Virus record (IMG/VR): IMGVR_UViG_3300050821_002963
Span: 32,001 to 96,000 of that record
Reading direction: 5' to 3' (one strand)
DNA from: a virus
Length of the DNA: 64,000 nucleotides
Shown here: positions 34,636 to 44,358 of the stretch, piece after piece
Position numbering within the stretch: position 1 is the first letter of the stretch
Layout: the number at the start of each line of letters is the position of its first letter
Notes under the pieces: model-generated
What the model was told of the DNA's origin: nothing
What the model saw: only the letters and a program-made list of their open reading frames with translations
The model's database searches: none
Program-made: the position numbers and the translations under genes

Positions 34636-35982
34636 ATGACGGTTTACAAAAATAGAACGGGATTAATGATTGGCGTTCCGCTGAGCGGTAATCCGCTGGT
34701 GCCGGAATGGGCATTTGCTTTCCATCAGTTGCATCCACCGATGGACTATAACGTTGAGTATGCCATGATTAAGTTCAGGCCGGTAGATGAAGCAAGGCAA
34801 ATCATGGCTGAGAATGCGGTATCGAAAGGGTGTAAGTATCTTTTCTTCATAGATGAGGACACTACGCCTCCAGCTCACACGTTGAGACAGCTTATCTACC
34901 ATCTGGAGCACTGGGACAATGCAGCGGTAGCGGCTGGCATCTATTGCCACAAGTCTCAGCCTTGCATGCCGATGGTGTTTAGAGGTAACGGAGCTGGACC
35001 TTACTGGGATTGGAAAGTGGGAGAAGTATTCGATTGCTCGGGAGTTGGAATGGGTTGTGCTCTTATCAGAGTGGACGCACTGAAGACCATTCCGAAGCCA
35101 TGGTTCAAGACGGTGGACTCGGTAGAAGCTTTCATGGAGAACATTCCACAGGGTGAGATGTGGACGGAAGACTTGTATTTCTGCGACAAGATTCTCAAAG
35201 CTACAGGAGAGGGTGTACCGGAAGGCGGTTGGAATATCCTGGCAGATGGGGGAATACTTCCGAATCACTGGGATGCAAAGACTGGGCAGAGTTACAATCT
35301 TCCACCAACAGCCAAGCCACTGAGACCGGTCAACTGGCAGGAAGGGACGAAGAAGATTGTGGACTTGGGTTGCGGTGAGCCGGAGAACAGCTACAACACG
35401 GAAGAAGGAAAGGTGTTGCGGGTGGACATCCGGGAAGAAGTCAAGCCGGATTATAGATGCGACCTGAGGAAGCTGCCCTTCGCAACAAAAGAATTCGACA
35501 TAGTCTTTTCCAGTCATGTATTGGAACACTTTGCTAGGAACGAGACAAAGGCTGTACTGGACGAGTGGATTCGGATTCTCAAAGAAGATGGTGAGCTGAG
35601 ACTGGTGCTACCGAATCTGGAGTGGGCGGCTCAGCATGTGATGAACAAGGAGATAGACACGGATGTAATGAATGTGTTCTATGGAGCGCAGAGCTACAAT
35701 GAGAATTTTCACAAGACTGGGTTTACGCCACAGATCATCGAGCAGCTACTGGCAGAGCGGGGGTTTAAGAAGTTCGTATGGGACTTCCACAATTACCACA
35801 TGTTTGTCAGAGCGTGGAAGATTGAGCCGGCGGAATCCATAGCAGCTATGCAAGTGAATCCAATAGTCAGACAGAAGACGGAGTTCGAGAAGTTGGGCGA
35901 ACCGATGTTGGAGAAAGTTCAGGAAATAAAAACAGAGAACACCAATCAGCCTTTGGAAATAGAGGTTCCAGCAGGAGACTAA
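34636..35982 (+). CDS. GT-A glycosyltransferase fused to class I SAM methyltransferase
   Basis: YLFFIDED, GVGMGCALI, TEDLYFC; then VDLGCG, DLRKLPF, SSHVLEH, RILKEDG. Confidence 0.85.
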   Translation: MTVYKNRTGLMIGVPLSGNPLVPEWAFAFHQLHPPMDYNVEYAMIKFRPVDEARQIMAENAVSKGCKYLFFIDEDTTPPAHTLRQLIYHLEHWDNAAVAAGIYCHKSQPCMPMVFRGNGAGPYWDWKVGEVFDCSGVGMGCALIRVDALKTIPKPWFKTVDSVEAFMENIPQGEMWTEDLYFCDKILKATGEGVPEGGWNILADGGILPNHWDAKTGQSYNLPPTAKPLRPVNWQEGTKKIVDLGCGEPENSYNTEEGKVLRVDIREEVKPDYRCDLRKLPFATKEFDIVFSSHVLEHFARNETKAVLDEWIRILKEDGELRLVLPNLEWAAQHVMNKEIDTDVMNVFYGAQSYNENFHKTGFTPQIIEQLLAERGFKKFVWDFHNYHMFVRAWKIEPAESIAAMQVNPIVRQKTEFEKLGEPMLEKVQEIKTENTNQPLEIEVPAGD

Positions 35983-37062
35983 ATGCTTTTATTTTGCGAT
36001 AGCTTTAGCCACTACACGACACTTTTACAGAAGTGGGACAATATTAACAGCGCTTCGCCAGTAATTTCTGCTACTGCGGCTCGAACACAAGCGGCCGGGC
36101 TACTGTTTAATGCTATTAGTGGACAGTGTGCCGTGCTAAAGAATTTTTCGGTTTCAAGAACGGTGATTTTGGGTTTTGCTTACCAAGTAAAAGTTTCTCC
36201 GTCCGCTGGAAATAATTGGGTGTTGTGTGCGTTCAATGATATAACAGGCGTTTCTCATGTATTTGTAAGGCTGAGTCCTTCCGGCACATTTCAATTTGTG
36301 CGGTCAACGGCAGCAAACAATACAACTGGTGTTGGGGCAAACATAGGGCCAGTATCATCTCTTGCGATAGGTGGTGGTTGGCACTATATAGAAATAACTA
36401 TAACAATAGACCCGGTTGTTGGAGCGGTGGAGATGCGGTTGGATGGGAACGTAATCATTACAGCACAGAATGTAAACACAAAGAATGCAGCCAATAATCC
36501 CAACAGCACCACTCAGCAGCTTGCTATAGGAAATTTATTATCAAATGATGCTGCTGTCGGGACACATTACTATGCAGATTTGTACTTGAACGATACGAAC
36601 GGTAACCAGTGCAACAGCTATCTGGGAGATGTGACAGTAGAAGCTCAGTTGCCTTCTGGTAATGGTACGGAGAATGACTTTACTCGTGGTGGCTCAGTTA
36701 TCAATGCACAGAATTGGATGCAGGTGGACGAAGTTCCACCAGATGACGATACGACATATAACTTTGATTCAGTTGTCGGGCATATGGAGCGCTATACTTA
36801 TCCAGCCTTGGTAGCAGCGTCGACGACAATCTATGCATTAGCAACTTGGCCCAGAGCGGAGAAGACTTCGGCTGGGGCAAGAAACTTTCGGCACATAGTA
36901 GCTTCGCAGGGAGTGGTGGTAGACAATGGAGTAGATATCGGATTGGCGGTTGGGTATACCTATCCTGGTATGGCGGCTTTTTATACAGACCCAGCTACAG
37001 GGCAGCTTTGGACACAAGCCGGGATCAATGCAGCGGAAACGGGATTTGAAATTACTCTATGA
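35983..37062 (+). CDS. virion structural protein, beta-sandwich/lectin-like
   Basis: beta-rich, WHYIE..VEMRLDG, YLGDVTV, DPATGQLWT..INAAETG. Confidence 0.6.
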   Translation: MLLFCDSFSHYTTLLQKWDNINSASPVISATAARTQAAGLLFNAISGQCAVLKNFSVSRTVILGFAYQVKVSPSAGNNWVLCAFNDITGVSHVFVRLSPSGTFQFVRSTAANNTTGVGANIGPVSSLAIGGGWHYIEITITIDPVVGAVEMRLDGNVIITAQNVNTKNAANNPNSTTQQLAIGNLLSNDAAVGTHYYADLYLNDTNGNQCNSYLGDVTVEAQLPSGNGTENDFTRGGSVINAQNWMQVDEVPPDDDTTYNFDSVVGHMERYTYPALVAASTTIYALATWPRAEKTSAGARNFRHIVASQGVVVDNGVDIGLAVGYTYPGMAAFYTDPATGQLWTQAGINAAETGFEITL

Positions 37063-39134
37063 GTCAGGCTTTACTACTACAGTTTGCTGAAACGCTAAGC
37101 ACAAACCAGCAAGACGGTTTCGCTCTAGTCAATCGGCCTGTTCAAGCAGAACTCTTTGACAGACTAATTCAGAATGATAAGTTCAGTTCGTTTCCTGGTC
37201 TATTTATAGTCGAGCAGTTGGTTCAGTCTGATGCCGTGAACTTTGTTAAAACGGCCGCTGGAGCTGGAACAGTAATTCAGATTTTGATTTCCCAGACAAT
37301 GGTCCAGAGTGATGCGATTGTGGTAGCGATGCCAATAGCTCGCCTTACTCAGATGACCAGAGAGGTGGTAAACAGGCCAATCAATTCAGTCACAAGACTG
37401 ACACAGTTGGCAAGAGAAACTATTTATCAGCCTCAGACGGTGGTGGTAAGACTGACACAGTTAGCAAGAGAAGTAATCTTTCTTACTCCAGAAGCGTTTC
37501 TGGCCCAGGAAGATTATCTAATGAGCATTACAGATCAGTTGTTCCAGCAGGATACTTTGATTGGGCAGAACTCTGGTTTGTTCTTCTTGACTATCGGAGA
37601 AAGTAATCAGCCCGGTATGTTTGATCAATCGGGACAGGACAATATAAAGGTCAAGAAGAATCAGGTAATCAAGGCTAATAATCTACAGACAGCAGACACT
37701 TCTCTGAATCACTGGCTGGATAGATTTAGTTTCAATTTTACCCCAGGCTCTTTTTTCCAGAGTTTCTCGGATACGCTAACGCTTTCAGATGCTTTTACAG
37801 ATAAGCTTCCAGTAGCGCTGACAGAGCAACTAAGTGATCAGACGCCCGGGCTTTCAGATGCTTATACGGCGTTGGCTCCTTTGATGCTATCTTTCATTCA
37901 GACATTAAACTTATGGCAGGAGTTTTTCGCCCAGCCCTATCTGGGAGTTTTTGCCGAGAGTAACGCAGACCAGTGGCAAGACAGTCTGGCTGGGCTTATG
38001 GCTTATTTCATGCCGCTGTCGGATGTGATGGCTTTGACGGATTCGTTCACGTTACCGTTGTGGCAAGTATCTTCGGATACGTTGACGATGGCGGATGGTT
38101 TAGGGGTTGGTTACGGACAGGGAGTTGTGGAGGCTTTGAATCTTTCGGATTCCAATTTTCTCGGTTACGGAGATCAGATATCGGAGCAGTTGGTATTATC
38201 GGAGCAGTTGATATTGGGTTATGGCCAAGGCAACGTAGATTCCTTGACTTTGTTGGATGCTATGGGAGTCAGCTACGGAGATATAGTCTCCGACCAGTTG
38301 GTTGCTTCTGACAGTATAGCTTTGCTGGAAGGCTTAATAGAACTTCTATCGGATGATGAGGGACCGAACTGGGCGGATGCTTTTGCTTTTTCCGGTGGCG
38401 TAAACCCTTATTCAGATCAGTTGGTGCTGTCGGACAGCTTCACATTGGGTTATGGGAACTTCCTACCAGACCAGTTGATAATGTCGGACTCGGAGAAGTT
38501 GCTTTTCGGTATTGGTCTAAATGTTTTCGAGCAAGTGGTACTGAGCGACCAGCTTGGACAGTTTCCTGGACTGTTCATAGTAGAGCAGTTGCAGCAACAG
38601 GATGCAGTTCAGTTTCCAGTGTGGTTGGTTCTGGCAGACCAGTTGGCACAAGCGGATTCGGTAGGAGCGGGATATGGAAGCAAAGTAACGGATAGCACCA
38701 ATCTGGCAGACTCTATGAATCTGGTGGAGTCGTTTGAGACCATGTTGGCGGATGCAACACCAACGATGTTGGAGAACTTGCAGCAGCTGTTCAATTATCT
38801 GCTGGCTATAGAAGACGGCCAGACGATGGTTGAGCAGCTGAATCTGATGTATGGTTTGCTCATAGACGGGCAGTTCCTGGAATTCGACGATGAGATAAAT
38901 GTAGTCGGAGTTGTTCTGCCCTTCTTGTCGGACGATATGAGTCAGAATTGGTTGGATGCAATCCTGACGGAGTTGGTATTTGCTCCTAGCGAGATAGTGG
39001 TAAGAGACTTTAAAGTACTGGCTCAGATACTGGCTAGTGTATTGGACACGGTGCAGGAACAGCAAGCGGATAGTTTCAAGTCGCAGGGAGAGCAACAAGC
39101 AACGTTCGATGTATTGCTGGATGGGGAAGTATAA
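37059..39134 (+). CDS. acidic repeat fibre-like virion protein A
   Basis: 18-20-aa units SDxLxLSD..GYG; three RLTQxxRE repeats near the N-terminus. Confidence 0.65.
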   Translation: MSQALLLQFAETLSTNQQDGFALVNRPVQAELFDRLIQNDKFSSFPGLFIVEQLVQSDAVNFVKTAAGAGTVIQILISQTMVQSDAIVVAMPIARLTQMTREVVNRPINSVTRLTQLARETIYQPQTVVVRLTQLAREVIFLTPEAFLAQEDYLMSITDQLFQQDTLIGQNSGLFFLTIGESNQPGMFDQSGQDNIKVKKNQVIKANNLQTADTSLNHWLDRFSFNFTPGSFFQSFSDTLTLSDAFTDKLPVALTEQLSDQTPGLSDAYTALAPLMLSFIQTLNLWQEFFAQPYLGVFAESNADQWQDSLAGLMAYFMPLSDVMALTDSFTLPLWQVSSDTLTMADGLGVGYGQGVVEALNLSDSNFLGYGDQISEQLVLSEQLILGYGQGNVDSLTLLDAMGVSYGDIVSDQLVASDSIALLEGLIELLSDDEGPNWADAFAFSGGVNPYSDQLVLSDSFTLGYGNFLPDQLIMSDSEKLLFGIGLNVFEQVVLSDQLGQFPGLFIVEQLQQQDAVQFPVWLVLADQLAQADSVGAGYGSKVTDSTNLADSMNLVESFETMLADATPTMLENLQQLFNYLLAIEDGQTMVEQLNLMYGLLIDGQFLEFDDEINVVGVVLPFLSDDMSQNWLDAILTELVFAPSEIVVRDFKVLAQILASVLDTVQEQQADSFKSQGEQQATFDVLLDGEV

Positions 39135-39586
39135 TGACTGGACTGGAATTAAAAGGTTTGGTAACGGTGAAAGATGGGATTGCGTATATAGACCAGAATC
39201 CACTGGTACAAGCTTTGGAACAGTTCAACGGAAGATATGTAGAGCTGAAGTTCCAGTTTCCGGAAGATGTGAAGTGGGAGATGGATGAAGGCATCAAGCC
39301 ATTGGTTACTGCTTTGCAGGGTATTGGGCTTACGACTTTAAGCAGTTGCGAAGGGTCGGAAGAATATCCTTACTCCTACGTGTCGTTAATCCGGGATAAC
39401 GCTGGTAAGTATATGACTGAGTACTGGCAGCAGACATTACTCGAGTTTGGAAAGAAAAGAGGTTGGAGTCTGGCGCATTATTCGGGAAAAGTTTGGCAGC
39501 TGCGGGCAAACGTAAAGAAGACGAGAGAAGAGATACTTGAGTTCGCAAATAAAATTCGAAAAACTTTCTCAGTTACAGCCAGGTAG
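39134..39586 (+). CDS. hypothetical protein with Tyw3-like D.GIKPLV..L...TLSSCEG motif
   Basis: motif seen by eye; inserted between the two repeat genes. Confidence 0.55.
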   Translation: MTGLELKGLVTVKDGIAYIDQNPLVQALEQFNGRYVELKFQFPEDVKWEMDEGIKPLVTALQGIGLTTLSSCEGSEEYPYSYVSLIRDNAGKYMTEYWQQTLLEFGKKRGWSLAHYSGKVWQLRANVKKTREEILEFANKIRKTFSVTAR

Positions 39587-39662
39587 GCCGGGTGGGTTAA
39601 CTCCTAAGGAGTTTCTACAGCTCTGTCTGAAAGAGCTTGGACAGTTGGAGTTTGCTTCGACT

Positions 39663-42011
39663 GTGGCTTTGACTAAAGCTTTATCGGACAGTGAGACGGC
39701 AAATTGGAATACGGCCGCTACTGTAGTTCTCGGCATAGTAGAAAAGTTATCAGATACTTTGACATTATCAGATGCTGTGGCGTTCACTCTGGTAATTCCA
39801 AAAACTCTTTCAGACAACGAAGGAGCAAACTGGGCGGATATAACTGCTAGTTTGCTAAGCATAGCTCTAGTTCTTTCAGACAACGAAGGTGCAAATTGGT
39901 TAGATGCTCTGGTCATTGGCTATGGCCAAGGTCAGGTAGATGCTCTGAGTTTTTCAGATAGTAGCTCATTGGGATTCGGCGACCAGATTACAGATTCGTT
40001 GAGTCAGAGTGATAGTGAAGCAGCAGTTTTGGGATTGCTAGAAACATTCTCAGACCAGTTGGTGTTGAGCGATGCGGAAGTCAATTTGTTTGGAATGACT
40101 GAAGCATTGTCGGATACGATTGTTTTTTCTGACAGTCTGGCTACCGGCTATGGCAACGCCACAGTAGACCAGTTAACATTCTTAGACAGTAGCAGTATGG
40201 GCTACGGAGACATCATCTCCGAGACTTTAGTCTTTTCGGATTCACTGGGTGTGGGCTATGGCAACGTAGAAGCAGATAGTTTGGTTCTTTCGGATAGCGC
40301 AACTGATATCCTTGGAATGTTGCTGGGCCTTTCGGATTCTCTGAACAACTGGCAGGATGCAGTACAGTCTCCGGTTGTTCCAAGTATCCCTTTGCTTTTG
40401 CTTGACCTAATCCAGCTGGTAGATGGAATTCCTGTCAACTACGTCGGGGACAATATCTACAACACCAGCTTAAGTCAGCCTGGCCACATATTTCCTTTGC
40501 TGGTGGTTCCGGGTGCTGGCTATAGCCCTTACTTTGGTCAGCAGAAGGCTTCTTCCATTTACTGGCAAGACTTTCTCTTGTTAGCTTTAGACGGAAATAT
40601 CTTTCTGCCACTAAAAGATGCAATGCCGGTGCTGGCTCTGCAAGCTGTGCAGACAACAGCTAATTTTCCAGCACTTAACTTTGGATTTGGTTCGCCGGTA
40701 TTCATGCAGGAGGCGGAGAGTAGTCAGCTCCTAGTTCCGCAAGTAGAAAGTCTGAGTGACCAGCTGGTGTTCTCGGATAGCGAGACGCTTGGATATGGAA
40801 ACGCTACCGTAGATAGCCTGGCCTTCCTCGATGCGAACGCGGTTGGTTACGGAGACTTGATAGCTGATACGTTGAGCATGAGTGATTCTCTGGCCAGCTT
40901 GTTCTCTATAGCGGAAGCTTTCTCAGATACTTTAGTATTGACGGACACGGATGCGGTTGGTTACGGCAACGTGGTAAAAGACCAGTTGGTGTTAAGCGAT
41001 TCAGAAGTAATCGGCTATGGTCAGGGAACAGTTGATTCGTTGACTTTCTCGGATACGAACGCAGTCGGGTACGGAGACCTGATATCGGATTCGTTTACGC
41101 TGACAGATAGTTTTGCTTTCAACAGCGGAGCGGCTTTAATCTCTGAACAGTTTTCAGACACGTTGAGTCTGACAGATTCCGACACCATCGGCTACGGACA
41201 AGGGCAAGTAGATAGCCTGACGTTCAGTGATAGTGCTGCGACCGGATACGGGAACGTTATCACAGATACGGTAACGTTCTCGGATTCGGAAGCCAATGCA
41301 CTGGGAATGTTGTCAACATTCTCAGACCAGTTGGCAATGCCGGACAGCTACGTAGACTTGCTGGCTGGTGCTGTGGCTTTATCGGATACGCTGACGATAG
41401 CGGATTCTTTGGCCATTGGGTACGGTCAAAGCTTAGTGGACCATTGCATTCTATCTAGTTTAGAAACACTTTCTCTGGCTATTTTCATTACGGACCCGGA
41501 AGAAGATTCTCTGAACAGTTGGCTAGATCAATTCCAGTTTTCGACAGGGCAGCCTTCGATATCGTTGCAGTTCTCGGACCAGATAGCTTTGTCGGAAGCT
41601 TTGGGTGCTGGCTATGGCAATCAGACGAGCGAACAGAATGTGATGAGCGATGTAATGAGTCTGATGGAATCGTTTGAGGTGCTACTGGCAGAAGCCACGC
41701 CAGCAATGGTGGATGCTTTGGCGGCCTTTATGACGCAGGCAATGGCTGCGGAAGACACGATAGCCTTCCTCAACGATACGTATTCGGCTATCGGTTCTTA
41801 CCTGGCTGGGTTGTCAGATGTGAATGCACTGACGGACCAGTTCAGGGATACGTTTGCTGCTCAGTTGAGTTTGCTATTACAGGATGCGGAAGGGGCGGAA
41901 TGGTTGGATGCGGTGCTGGCTGAGTTCGTGTTTGCTCCGGGTGTAATAAGAATGCAGGCTTTGGTTATACTGCAAGAGCTGGTGGGAGAGATTAAGGTCG
42001 GAGGTCAGTAG
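39663..42011 (+). CDS. acidic repeat fibre-like virion protein B (paralogue of A)
   Basis: many GYG/SD repeats; C-terminus WLDAVLAEFVFAP matches WLDAILTELVFAP of A; start uncertain (frame open from 39537, GTG 39663 has a GGAG SD). Confidence 0.68.
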   Translation: MALTKALSDSETANWNTAATVVLGIVEKLSDTLTLSDAVAFTLVIPKTLSDNEGANWADITASLLSIALVLSDNEGANWLDALVIGYGQGQVDALSFSDSSSLGFGDQITDSLSQSDSEAAVLGLLETFSDQLVLSDAEVNLFGMTEALSDTIVFSDSLATGYGNATVDQLTFLDSSSMGYGDIISETLVFSDSLGVGYGNVEADSLVLSDSATDILGMLLGLSDSLNNWQDAVQSPVVPSIPLLLLDLIQLVDGIPVNYVGDNIYNTSLSQPGHIFPLLVVPGAGYSPYFGQQKASSIYWQDFLLLALDGNIFLPLKDAMPVLALQAVQTTANFPALNFGFGSPVFMQEAESSQLLVPQVESLSDQLVFSDSETLGYGNATVDSLAFLDANAVGYGDLIADTLSMSDSLASLFSIAEAFSDTLVLTDTDAVGYGNVVKDQLVLSDSEVIGYGQGTVDSLTFSDTNAVGYGDLISDSFTLTDSFAFNSGAALISEQFSDTLSLTDSDTIGYGQGQVDSLTFSDSAATGYGNVITDTVTFSDSEANALGMLSTFSDQLAMPDSYVDLLAGAVALSDTLTIADSLAIGYGQSLVDHCILSSLETLSLAIFITDPEEDSLNSWLDQFQFSTGQPSISLQFSDQIALSEALGAGYGNQTSEQNVMSDVMSLMESFEVLLAEATPAMVDALAAFMTQAMAAEDTIAFLNDTYSAIGSYLAGLSDVNALTDQFRDTFAAQLSLLLQDAEGAEWLDAVLAEFVFAPGVIRMQALVILQELVGEIKVGGQ

Positions 42012-42013
42012 AG

Positions 42014-42340
42014 ATGGCGGTACAGAAGACTTACTATCTCAATCCACTGAACACGCAGGTGATTCAAGCCTTCGGTTTGCAGGACGTGGTCACGGGAAGT
42101 TTCCTCAATTCAGCTACGGTCACGGCTACGTTGCTAAATGACAGGGGTGTAGCAGACGGAGTGTTACAGGGTATAGTGCTTGGGTATATGGCGGCGACGG
42201 ATGGGAATTATCAGGGAACGGTGCCTGCAACTTTCAACGCTCCACTGGGCGGAGGATACATTCTCCAGATACTGGTGGAGCAGGGTGGCGTGCAGTCTCT
42301 CTTTTCTCTACAGACTATCGTGGAGTTGAGAAGAACATAA
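42014..42340 (+). CDS. small Ig-like/BppU-like virion protein
   Basis: LQDVVTGSFLNSATVTATL...TDGNYQG beta pattern after the fibre genes. Confidence 0.55.
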   Translation: MAVQKTYYLNPLNTQVIQAFGLQDVVTGSFLNSATVTATLLNDRGVADGVLQGIVLGYMAATDGNYQGTVPATFNAPLGGGYILQILVEQGGVQSLFSLQTIVELRRT

Positions 42341-42354
42341 AAGGAGAAATAGGG

Positions 42355-42693
42355 ATGGGAATGGAAAACAGAAGTGCGGTTGGTATTAGCAAGGCTAGAA
42401 TTGGGGTTAGCACACTTAGTAATGTAGCGACTCAGTCGGAGAAACCAGCCTCCCAGATTGAGCAAGAGTTGAGCAATATGGAAGCAGTGTTGGGAGACAT
42501 CTATCATTTGGCGGTGTCTTTGGAAAAAGCTCTTAGTCCTGTGTTGACAAGCTGTGCTCCAGATGGGGAAAGCCAAGCGGGTGAGTTGGCGCCAGGGCGG
42601 GCACCACTGGCAGACAAGTTGTGGGAACAATACCGGAAAGCGGCACAGACGAGAGACAGATTGCAGGATATGCTGCAAAGGGTTGCTCTCTAG
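42355..42693 (+). CDS. hypothetical helical protein
   Basis: AAGGAG SD; ORF track. Confidence 0.55.
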   Translation: MGMENRSAVGISKARIGVSTLSNVATQSEKPASQIEQELSNMEAVLGDIYHLAVSLEKALSPVLTSCAPDGESQAGELAPGRAPLADKLWEQYRKAAQTRDRLQDMLQRVAL

Positions 42694-42704
42694 AAGGAAG
42701 GGCA

Positions 42705-43325
42705 ATGATTACGCTGGCGGAGCTAGGGGAGTTGTACTTTGGCGGGCCGGGGTCTGGTTGCAACGGACCTCACTGCGGTCGCCCTCGTACTGCTCAGGGA
42801 AAGGTCCGCCAGCGAGTCAAACGGGGATTAAAAAGATACGCCAAGAAGTTTGATGTGCATCCGGTTCGGAAGGGTAAGCTACAGCCAGGCATACTGAGAA
42901 GAGGCGGCAAGGATATTATTCCAGTTAAGGCTCCGTGGGCTGGCAAAGTAAAAGTCAAGATGAAAGGCGCGAACGGAGAAGACATAGTTGTACTGAAGCA
43001 AGCCAAGACGTATGAGAAGCGTGGCAACGACTGGTTGAGGAAGCCGGACAAGTTCAAAGGTCAGTATCTGGTAGACCTTCCGGCACAGAAGACGTACGAC
43101 GACCCAAAGGAGATAAATCACTTCTTCATTCACCAGGCGTCACCGACGGAAGCAAGGTCGGTAGAGGTTCATAGAAATCTGGGCAAGCTGGGAGTCAACG
43201 TAATCGAAAGAGACTTGGGACAGTACCACGCGATAGAAAGACACAGAGAAATTTCATTCAACAACGTTGGCAGAGCTTCAGGTTTTTTGAATAAGCGGTA
43301 TGGGATAACTTTTCGACTCAAATGA
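42705..43325 (+). CDS. basic protein with N-terminal leader + GGPGSGC motif
   Basis: MITLAELGELYF-GGPGSGCNGPHCGRP; AAGGAAGG SD before ATG 42705. Confidence 0.7.
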   Translation: MITLAELGELYFGGPGSGCNGPHCGRPRTAQGKVRQRVKRGLKRYAKKFDVHPVRKGKLQPGILRRGGKDIIPVKAPWAGKVKVKMKGANGEDIVVLKQAKTYEKRGNDWLRKPDKFKGQYLVDLPAQKTYDDPKEINHFFIHQASPTEARSVEVHRNLGKLGVNVIERDLGQYHAIERHREISFNNVGRASGFLNKRYGITFRLK

Positions 43326-44032
43326 GACTAGCCGCGACATTGGAACTATATGCTGGTGGGGTAGGGTCTGGATGCCGCGGCCCACATTGCGGTCGTCCGC
43401 AGACTATGTATCACGGTACGGTTTTGGATTCAGCTAGAGATATTGTTGCTAAAGGTCTGAAGCCGAATCAAGATAGGCAGTTTGCTGTGGATGCCATTCC
43501 GATGGAGAAAGGATACGTATATGCTACGACGTCTCTCGAGACAGCGATAATGTTTGCGAATTTCCGGGCTGCGTATGAGAAGGCGGCACCAGGAAGCACC
43601 TTCCGTTTTGAGGATAGGTATGGGAATGCGAACATAGCGCATAAAGCTTTTACAGGTCCGGAAGATATGAATTACATGCTGCGGGATAACCCTGAGTTAG
43701 CGAAGGGGGCTTTTACTCCAGCTATCGTGACTTTGAATTTACCGGCAGAGGAAGTAAACAAGATGGAGGGGGATCCGGATTTTGGTACTGATAAAGAACC
43801 GGACGATCCGGACCAAGTAGCTTTTAGAAAGCAGGGAATCTTTCCAGCCAAGTACATAGCTAACGTATTGGTAAGAGGGAAGGATGGAGATTGGCACGGG
43901 TATAGTCCGAAAGAGATTAAGAACTTAAAAGCTAAGGCTTTCAGACAGGTGCACTTTGTGTACTTCGGTCCGGTGGATGAATTGAGAGAACACCTAAGGA
44001 TGGGAGGGCAAGTTGACGATAACGGAAGTTAG
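43322..44032 (+). CDS. ADP-ribosyltransferase-like protein with leader + GGxGSGC motif
   Basis: MRLAATLELYA-GGVGSGCRGPHCGRP then MYHGT..IVAKGLKP..YVYATT..A..FA..IFPAKYI (H-Y-x ART pattern). Confidence 0.72.
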   Translation: MRLAATLELYAGGVGSGCRGPHCGRPQTMYHGTVLDSARDIVAKGLKPNQDRQFAVDAIPMEKGYVYATTSLETAIMFANFRAAYEKAAPGSTFRFEDRYGNANIAHKAFTGPEDMNYMLRDNPELAKGAFTPAIVTLNLPAEEVNKMEGDPDFGTDKEPDDPDQVAFRKQGIFPAKYIANVLVRGKDGDWHGYSPKEIKNLKAKAFRQVHFVYFGPVDELREHLRMGGQVDDNGS

Positions 44033-44085
44033 AAAGTTGTTGACCAAGAAGGAACTGGATACAGTCACGGAGAAGGCCTTCGAAC

Positions 44086-44358
44086 ATGGCTCATTCACGG
44101 TCGAGAACGTCAGGAAAGAAAACGGCAAAAAAGAAGTCAGCATCAGATATCCGGATACAGGAGAAAGAGAAGATGTATCTGTGTAGCGGTGGTTGCGGTT
44201 ACGAGTTTGCGTTGCTAAAGGCTTTGGGCTACAAACCAAAAGGTCAGATGTTCTGCCTAACGTGTACGAAACAGAAAGAACGGGACGAGAAAATCAAGAG
44301 TAGAATCAAGCCACTTGGCAACAGTTGGGTGGAATATCAGATGGGGAGGACAATGTAA
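44086..44358 (+). CDS. small zinc-binding protein
   Basis: CSGGC...CLTC. Confidence 0.45.
   Translation: MAHSRSRTSGKKTAKKKSASDIRIQEKEKMYLCSGGCGYEFALLKALGYKPKGQMFCLTCTKQKERDEKIKSRIKPLGNSWVEYQMGRTM

Noticed and set aside
37059-42011. CRISPR array or DGR template/variable repeat among the repeated segments
   Set aside because: Repeats are in-frame protein repeats diverged at synonymous sites, without spacers or adenine-specific differences; no reverse transcriptase or cas gene seen
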